From positions 3,064 through 67,063 of the forward strand of contig JAUVDV010000022.1 of the NCBI GenBank assembly GCA_030595125.1: a stretch of DNA of 64,000 bases. Reading direction: 5' to 3'. Positions 58,831 through 64,000 of the stretch are shown one piece after another; position 1 is the stretch's first letter, and each line of letters starts with the position of its first letter. The translations under genes were made by a program, and so were the position numbers. The DNA is from Deltaproteobacteria bacterium. GTDB taxonomy: Bacteria; Myxococcota_A; Polyangia; JAAYKL01. Below the pieces are notes generated by a model. It saw nothing but the letters and a program-made list of their open reading frames with translations. It was not told the origin of the DNA and did not search any database.

Positions 58831-59428
58831 CAAAATCTGGTTCATGGCGGTCGTGCTCGGTATCGTGGCGTTCCTCGCCGGCCTGGCTCTGGCCGGGGTA
58901 AAAGGAATGACCACCCCGATCATTGAAAAACGCATCCTGGAACAAAAGATCAAACCCAGCCTCGATGAATTTTTCGGGAGTCTCGATCTGGAAAACGATT
59001 GCATTGAGGATCGACAGGTTCTCGATCTCGGCAAGGACGCCCGTGGCCGAAAGCAAGTCACTACTCTGTTCCTGGGCAAAAAGGGCGGCAAGGTCGTCGT
59101 CGCGGCGCTCAAGACCAAGGCCGCGGGTTTCGGCGGCGACATAGAGGTGCTCACTGCTTTCAGCCTCGACGACAAGAAGATCCTCGGCGTCAAGACGCTC
59201 AGCCAATCCGAGACAATGGGTCTTGGAGCACGCGTTTCCAACGATGCCGAGCCGTTTATCCAACAGTTTAGCGGAATGAATTATTCGGATGGGGTCGCAA
59301 TGCGCTCGAACGGCGGGTTGGTTGACGCCATCTCCGGAGCAACGGTTTCGTCGGTGGCATTCACGGCGGCGGTGATCAGGGCGACCGAACTCGTAGAAAC
59401 AAACGTGGGCTCGGCCGCGGCGAATTAG
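58823..59428 (+). CDS. rnfG: RnfG/NqrC-family FMN-binding subunit
   Basis: N-terminal TM. FMN_bind motif ISGATVSSVA. Start overlaps rnfD stop. Confidence 0.85.
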   Translation: MRNKIWFMAVVLGIVAFLAGLALAGVKGMTTPIIEKRILEQKIKPSLDEFFGSLDLENDCIEDRQVLDLGKDARGRKQVTTLFLGKKGGKVVVAALKTKAAGFGGDIEVLTAFSLDDKKILGVKTLSQSETMGLGARVSNDAEPFIQQFSGMNYSDGVAMRSNGGLVDAISGATVSSVAFTAAVIRATELVETNVGSAAAN

Positions 59429-59440
59429 GAAGGCTCGAAT

Positions 59441-60076
59441 ATGAGGACATTAACCCAGGAGTTCACCAAGGGGCTTTGGGAACAGATACCGCCTTTCCGG
59501 CTGGTGCTCGGGCTATGCCCCACCCTGGCGGTTACCAAATCACTCGAGGGCGGATGGGGCATGGGCCTGGCCACTACGTTTGTGCTCGTATGCTCCAATA
59601 TCCTCATCTCGGCCCTGAGGAACGTCATTCCGCCAAAGGTGCGCATCGCCACCTTCATTGTGATCATCGCCACTTTCGTCGTGATCACCGAGCTAGTCAT
59701 GAAGGCCTACACGCCAATGCTCTCGGAAACGCTGGGGGTTTTCATTCCACTCATTGTGGTCAACTGCATCATCCTCGGCAGGGCGGAGGCGTTTGCCTCG
59801 AAAAACGGAATGGGGCGTTCTCTGCTCGACGGCCTGGGCATCGGCCTCGGGTTCACCCTGGCGCTCGCGGTGCTGGGCGGCCTTCGAGAATTGCTTGGCA
59901 CCGGCAAGCTGACCATGTTCGCCCAGGCGAATCTGGACTTGACAATCATCCCGCTGGGAGAGGGCCGTGAGTTTCTGTTCAAATTTATGGTCGACCCGCC
60001 CGGCGCGTTTGTCTGTCTGGGCGCAATGCTCCTGCTGATGAATTTGATAAGCGAACGATCGGCCAAGGCCGCGTGA
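59441..60076 (+). CDS. rnfE: RnfE/NqrD-family membrane subunit
   Basis: 211 aa, 6 TM. Typical RnfE N-terminus (GLWEQIPPFRLVLGLCPTLAVT). Confidence 0.9.
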   Translation: MRTLTQEFTKGLWEQIPPFRLVLGLCPTLAVTKSLEGGWGMGLATTFVLVCSNILISALRNVIPPKVRIATFIVIIATFVVITELVMKAYTPMLSETLGVFIPLIVVNCIILGRAEAFASKNGMGRSLLDGLGIGLGFTLALAVLGGLRELLGTGKLTMFAQANLDLTIIPLGEGREFLFKFMVDPPGAFVCLGAMLLLMNLISERSAKAA

Positions 60077-60086
60077 GGAGAAAACA

Positions 60087-60668
60087 ATGACCGAATATCT
60101 GCTTCTCGTCGTTTACGCCGTCCTGGTCAACAACATCCTTTTGGCCCAGTTCCTGGGCAACTGTCCTTTCCTGGGAACCTCTCAAAAAATGAGCACGGCG
60201 ACCGGGATGGCCATGGCGGTTATTTTTGTTCTGACTTGCGCCGGGGTGATCACCTGGGCGGTCCAATGGTACGTGCTGGTTCCCCTCGAATTGGAATACC
60301 TGCAAACAATAGCGTTCATTTTGGTAATTGCCGCGCTCGTTCAGTTGGTGGAGATCGTGCTGCAAAAGACAGCTCCTGCGCTCTACAGCGCTCTGGGAAT
60401 TTTTCTGCCACTCATCACCACGAACTGCGCCGTGCTCGGTGTTGCGATCATCAATATCAAAGAGGATTACGATTTCATGCACACCGTGGTCTTCTCTTTT
60501 GCCTCGGCGATCGGGTTCGGTCTGGCCCTGGTTCTGTTCGCCGGGCTCAGAGAGCGGTTCGCCCTTTCCCGGATGCCCAAGCCGCTTCAGGGCACCGTGT
60601 CGGGCCTTATCACCGCCGGGCTCATGGCCCTGGCCTTCCAGGGTTTCTTGAAGCTCGGAGAGGGATAG
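60087..60668 (+). CDS. rnfA: RnfA/NqrE-family membrane subunit
   Basis: 193 aa, 6 TM. Typical RnfA N-terminus (LLAQFLGNCPFLGTS). Confidence 0.9.
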   Translation: MTEYLLLVVYAVLVNNILLAQFLGNCPFLGTSQKMSTATGMAMAVIFVLTCAGVITWAVQWYVLVPLELEYLQTIAFILVIAALVQLVEIVLQKTAPALYSALGIFLPLITTNCAVLGVAIINIKEDYDFMHTVVFSFASAIGFGLALVLFAGLRERFALSRMPKPLQGTVSGLITAGLMALAFQGFLKLGEG

Positions 60669-60672
60669 ACAA

Positions 60673-62751
60673 ATGGAAGTACTCGCAGCAGCGCTTGTCA
60701 TCGGCGGAATCGGCACGGTCGCAGCGATCGGTCTGGGCGTGGCCGCCAAGGTTTTCGCCGTGTACATCGACCCCAAGGTGATCGAAGTCGACGAGGCGCT
60801 TCCCGGCGCAAACTGTGGCGGTTGCGGCTTTACGGGCTGCGCGGCGGCGGCGACGGCCGTTGTCAAGGGCAAGGCCCCGGCAAACGTCTGCATCGTGGGT
60901 GGCCAGGAGGTCGCAGAGGCAGTGGCCGGGATCATGGGCATGTCGGTGGAGGAGGGCGAGGTCGGAATCGCCGAGCTGGGATGCAAATACGATGTAAGGA
61001 CTGCCCATCTCCTCTTCGACTACGACGGAGTGGAGGACTGCCGGGCTGCTGCTCTGGTAAACGGCGGCGGCAAGGTGTGTTCCATGGGTTGTCTGGGATT
61101 CGGCACCTGTATAAGCGCCTGTCAGTTCGGCGCTCTTTACAGGGGCGCGGACGGCCTGCCCGCAGTGATCAAGGAAAGGTGCACGGCCTGTGGCGCCTGC
61201 GAGCGGATCTGCCCCAAGGGGATCATCCGAGTACAGACGCCGAGCCGGAAGTTCACGCATATCCAGACCGATGACGATTGCGTGGCTCCTTGCCAGGCTA
61301 CCTGTCCGGCGCAAATCGATATTCCGGCGTACATCGCCGCAATAGGGCAAGGCGATTACGAAAGCGCTGTATGCATCATCAAGGAAAGCAACCCGTTCCC
61401 GCTGGTCTGCGGACGCGTCTGCCCGCATGTCTGCGAGTCGGCCTGCCGACGCAACGATATAGATGAACCTGTAAACATCAATCACCTCAAGAGGTTCGCA
61501 GCTGACTTCGAGATGAATTCAGGCAAGCGATTCTTGCCGCAAGTCCTGCCCCCAAACGGCAAGCGGGTAGCTATAATCGGCGGGGGGCCATCCGGTCTGA
61601 CCTGCGCTTATTACCTGGCCCGCATGGGTTATCAAGTCAAGGTTTTCGAAGCCATGCCCAAGCCCGGCGGGATGCTCCTCTACGGCATTCCCGAGTACCG
61701 CCTGCCAAAGAAAACCCTCGCATGGGAGATAGACGGCATCCTCGAACTGGGAGTGGAGATCGAGTGCAACAAGGCGCTCGGCAAGGACTTCACAATCGAA
61801 GATCTTTACGAGCAGGGTTACGACGCAGTCTATTTGGCGGTCGGAGCCTGGGACTCACGGCGTCTCGGCGTGCCTGGCGAGCAAGACTTCCCACAGGTGG
61901 CGAGCGGCACCGAGTTCCTGATCAAGCGCGGCCTCGGCGAAGAAACGCCGGTCGGACGTGATGTCATCATCGTGGGCGGCGGCAACACGGCAATGGATGC
62001 GGCGCGCACCTCCTGGCGGCTCGGAGCCGAGAACGTTTACCTGCTCTACAGGCGCTCCCGCAAGGAGATGCCAGCAAACGATATCGAGGTGGACGAGGGC
62101 GAGCACGAGGGAATCAAGTACCACTTCCTGGCCGCCCCGACCAAACTGGTCGGCAAGGACGGCAAGCTCGATGCCATGGAGTTCCTCAAGATGGAGCTGG
62201 GCGAGCCAGATGCGTCCGGACGTCGCCGCCCGGTGCCGATAGAAGGTTCGGAAACGGACATCCAGGCGAACAACGTCTTCAGCGCTATCGGTCAATCACC
62301 CGATCTCACGTGCCTGGACGCAGAGGGTGTCGCGAGCGAGTTGAACCGCACCAAATGGAATTCAATCGTTGCCGCCGATGGCACCATGCAGACCGATGTT
62401 TCCAACATCTTCTCTGGTGGTGACGCATGGCGCGGCGCGGCGACCGCAGTAGAGGCAATCAGAGACGGCCGTTTCGCGGCGCGTTCCATCAGCCTGTTCC
62501 TCTCGGGCGAGGAGTTGACCTTGCCCTCCAACTGGTACGCCAAGGCGCCCAAACTCCCCGGCATCGATGAGGGAATCAATCTCGACAAATCCGATCGCGC
62601 AAAGATGATCGAGCTCTCCGTTGATGATCGGCGCATGAACTTCAACGAGGTGGAGCTCGGGATCACCGAAGAGATGGCCAAAAAAGAGAGCGGTCGCTGC
62701 CTGCAGTGCGGCGAGGTCTGTTATCAGGGTTACAGGGAGAAGGCGTCATGA
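60673..62751 (+). CDS. rnfB: RnfB fused in-frame to a GltD-like FAD/NAD(P)H oxidoreductase module
   Basis: aa 1-190: RnfB features (N-terminal TM, CGGCGFTGC cluster, two Fer4 motifs). aa about 200-692: GltD/NfnB-like (two N-terminal Cys clusters CQATCP ... CGRVCPHVCESAC, FAD site IIGGGPSGLTCAYYLA, NAD(P) site VIIVGGGNTAMD). Single continuous ORF. Confidence 0.85.
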   Translation: MEVLAAALVIGGIGTVAAIGLGVAAKVFAVYIDPKVIEVDEALPGANCGGCGFTGCAAAATAVVKGKAPANVCIVGGQEVAEAVAGIMGMSVEEGEVGIAELGCKYDVRTAHLLFDYDGVEDCRAAALVNGGGKVCSMGCLGFGTCISACQFGALYRGADGLPAVIKERCTACGACERICPKGIIRVQTPSRKFTHIQTDDDCVAPCQATCPAQIDIPAYIAAIGQGDYESAVCIIKESNPFPLVCGRVCPHVCESACRRNDIDEPVNINHLKRFAADFEMNSGKRFLPQVLPPNGKRVAIIGGGPSGLTCAYYLARMGYQVKVFEAMPKPGGMLLYGIPEYRLPKKTLAWEIDGILELGVEIECNKALGKDFTIEDLYEQGYDAVYLAVGAWDSRRLGVPGEQDFPQVASGTEFLIKRGLGEETPVGRDVIIVGGGNTAMDAARTSWRLGAENVYLLYRRSRKEMPANDIEVDEGEHEGIKYHFLAAPTKLVGKDGKLDAMEFLKMELGEPDASGRRRPVPIEGSETDIQANNVFSAIGQSPDLTCLDAEGVASELNRTKWNSIVAADGTMQTDVSNIFSGGDAWRGAATAVEAIRDGRFAARSISLFLSGEELTLPSNWYAKAPKLPGIDEGINLDKSDRAKMIELSVDDRRMNFNEVELGITEEMAKKESGRCLQCGEVCYQGYREKAS

Positions 62752-63959
62752 GAAGACCTCTTTTGCTCGGCTGGGCCGTGATTTGCGGCGTGGTGTTTAT
62801 TTGGGGATGCACAGATCAGGAAACCGCGTCCGACGAACCTTCGACTACGGCGCAAGCGCCGTTCGAGAGGATCCCGGGAGGCGACGAAGATCCAGGGGAC
62901 AACGGACCGGACGACTCCACCGAGCTGTCCGCCGTACCCGGCGACATGGGAAAGGTTGCGTTTACGCATTTCACGCACGCCTCGAACTCCAAAAAAGGAT
63001 ACGGCATCCCCTGCCGCACGTGCCATCACACAACACCTCCGGACGAAGACCCCGCCCAGGGTTGCACGGGCGAAGGCTGCCACTACCCGAGCGAAAAGAC
63101 ACCCGACCCGGCCCATGCCGGACCCGACGACAACATGCTGCTCCTTGGCGATGATTCGGCCACGGCCCCGGTAGCGTTCAATCACTTCACGCATGCTTCG
63201 TCTCACGGGTACAAAACCGCGTGCACCCAATGCCACCACACCGGTGATCTCATTGGTTGCTCCGAGTGCCACGAAAAGATTGCGACAAAAGACGACGATG
63301 GCAAGGTTATCCCCAAGACCAAGCGGGCCTTTCACCTGAAGTGCAACGGTTGTCACGAGGCGATCAAAAAAAGCGACCCCGATTCAAAGGCTCCCGTGAA
63401 ATGTGCGGATTGCCACGGTGGCAGTGCGCCGGCTCGCCTGCCCGGCAGTCTGACCCTGGAGCGGGCCTACCACCTGAGCTGTGTAGGATGTCACAATCGG
63501 GCAAAGATGGCCGGGATGGGAACCCCGGCTGTAGATTGCGACGATTGTCACAAAGAGGGCTCGCCCAAGATACCGGGCCTTGAGCCCAAAGAGAAGAAAG
63601 TGGAGGAGGAACCGGCGCCGAAGGAGCAGCCGGCCCCGAGCGCACCGACCGCGCAAGCTGCCGACGCCGGAGCCGCTGAGCCGGCAAAGGACGGGGAACA
63701 AAACAAGGGCCCGGACAAGATCCTCATTGACCACGCCAAAAAGGCCAAATCGGGCACACCGTTTCCACACGCCGCACACCAGGAACTCGGCGAAGAATGC
63801 GCCAAGTGTCATCACAAGGGCCTCGATGATCCGTCCTGTCGCAACTGCCACAGCGAGACAGCTGATGCCAAGAAAATCTATCACGAGATCTGCATTTCCT
63901 GTCACAAGGAAAACGGGATCTCGGCCAGCTGCGCAAGCTGCCATCCCAAGGGCGAGTAG
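62748..63959 (+). CDS. Lipoprotein multiheme cytochrome c (about 12 heme-binding motifs)
   Basis: ATG overlaps the rnfB-gltD stop (ATGA). Lipobox IWGCT. 11 CxxCH plus one Cx4CH. Ala/Pro/Glu-rich linker in the middle. Confidence 0.85.
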   Translation: MRRPLLLGWAVICGVVFIWGCTDQETASDEPSTTAQAPFERIPGGDEDPGDNGPDDSTELSAVPGDMGKVAFTHFTHASNSKKGYGIPCRTCHHTTPPDEDPAQGCTGEGCHYPSEKTPDPAHAGPDDNMLLLGDDSATAPVAFNHFTHASSHGYKTACTQCHHTGDLIGCSECHEKIATKDDDGKVIPKTKRAFHLKCNGCHEAIKKSDPDSKAPVKCADCHGGSAPARLPGSLTLERAYHLSCVGCHNRAKMAGMGTPAVDCDDCHKEGSPKIPGLEPKEKKVEEEPAPKEQPAPSAPTAQAADAGAAEPAKDGEQNKGPDKILIDHAKKAKSGTPFPHAAHQELGEECAKCHHKGLDDPSCRNCHSETADAKKIYHEICISCHKENGISASCASCHPKGE

Positions 63960-64000
63960 CCTAGATAGCGTCTCGTCCAACCACGACACATTCTGCCCGC

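Noticed and set aside
60622-61485. 287-aa minus-strand ORF inside rnfB-gltD
   Set aside because: Antisense shadow.

Overview
High-GC bacterial window. Domain content looks deltaproteobacteria-like (Myxococcota/Desulfobacterota-type signatures), but taxonomy cannot be assigned from sequence alone. No rRNA, tRNA or CRISPR array was seen. All protein calls rest on recalled family motifs, not searches.

Gene content, left to right:
- TPR protein gene, partial at the 5' edge, followed by a glycosidase-like gene.
- tamB-like gene immediately upstream of a very large Omp85/BamA gene.
- ECF sigma factor with a FecR-type anti-sigma factor.
- Several secreted or lipoprotein genes with Asp/Ser-rich repeats and Cys-containing C-terminal tails. 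These include an IPT/Kelch lipoprotein, a Myxococcus-type cysteine-repeat protein, an LRR-like lipoprotein and a trypsin-like protease.
- A minus-strand SPOR / Roadblock(LC7) / TPR / PQQ beta-propeller lipoprotein operon.
- Two NrfD-type quinone-interacting respiratory modules. The first is a 4Fe-4S subunit, an NrfD subunit and a hexaheme cytochrome c. The second is an ACIII/Qrc-like set: pentaheme cytochrome c, TAT molybdopterin-like subunit, 4Fe-4S subunit, NrfD subunit and a membrane-anchored H-protein-like subunit.
- A translationally coupled unit sits between the two modules. It comprises a sensor kinase with periplasmic CxxCH heme motifs, an archaemetzincin, a sigma-54 activator and a strong sigma-54 promoter.
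- A low-GC insertion carrying a COG1373 AAA ATPase and an IS110 transposase.
- A 1016-aa triple fusion: acetyl-CoA hydrolase/transferase, GNAT acetyltransferase and HDAC-like deacetylase.
- A roughly 2.3-kb cassette (DEAD-box helicase plus small lipoproteins) bracketed by identical 40-bp direct repeats.
- A minus-strand reductive-TCA-type operon: aconitase, ATP-citrate lyase aclB and aclA, and monomeric isocitrate dehydrogenase.
- An rnfCDGEAB operon, followed by a roughly 12-heme lipoprotein cytochrome c.

The candidate novel system is the rnf operon. Its RnfC lacks the canonical NADH/FMN-binding motif, and its RnfB is fused to a GltD-like FAD/NAD(P)H oxidoreductase. It sits beside the ATP-citrate-lyase operon and is stop-start overlapped with the multiheme cytochrome.
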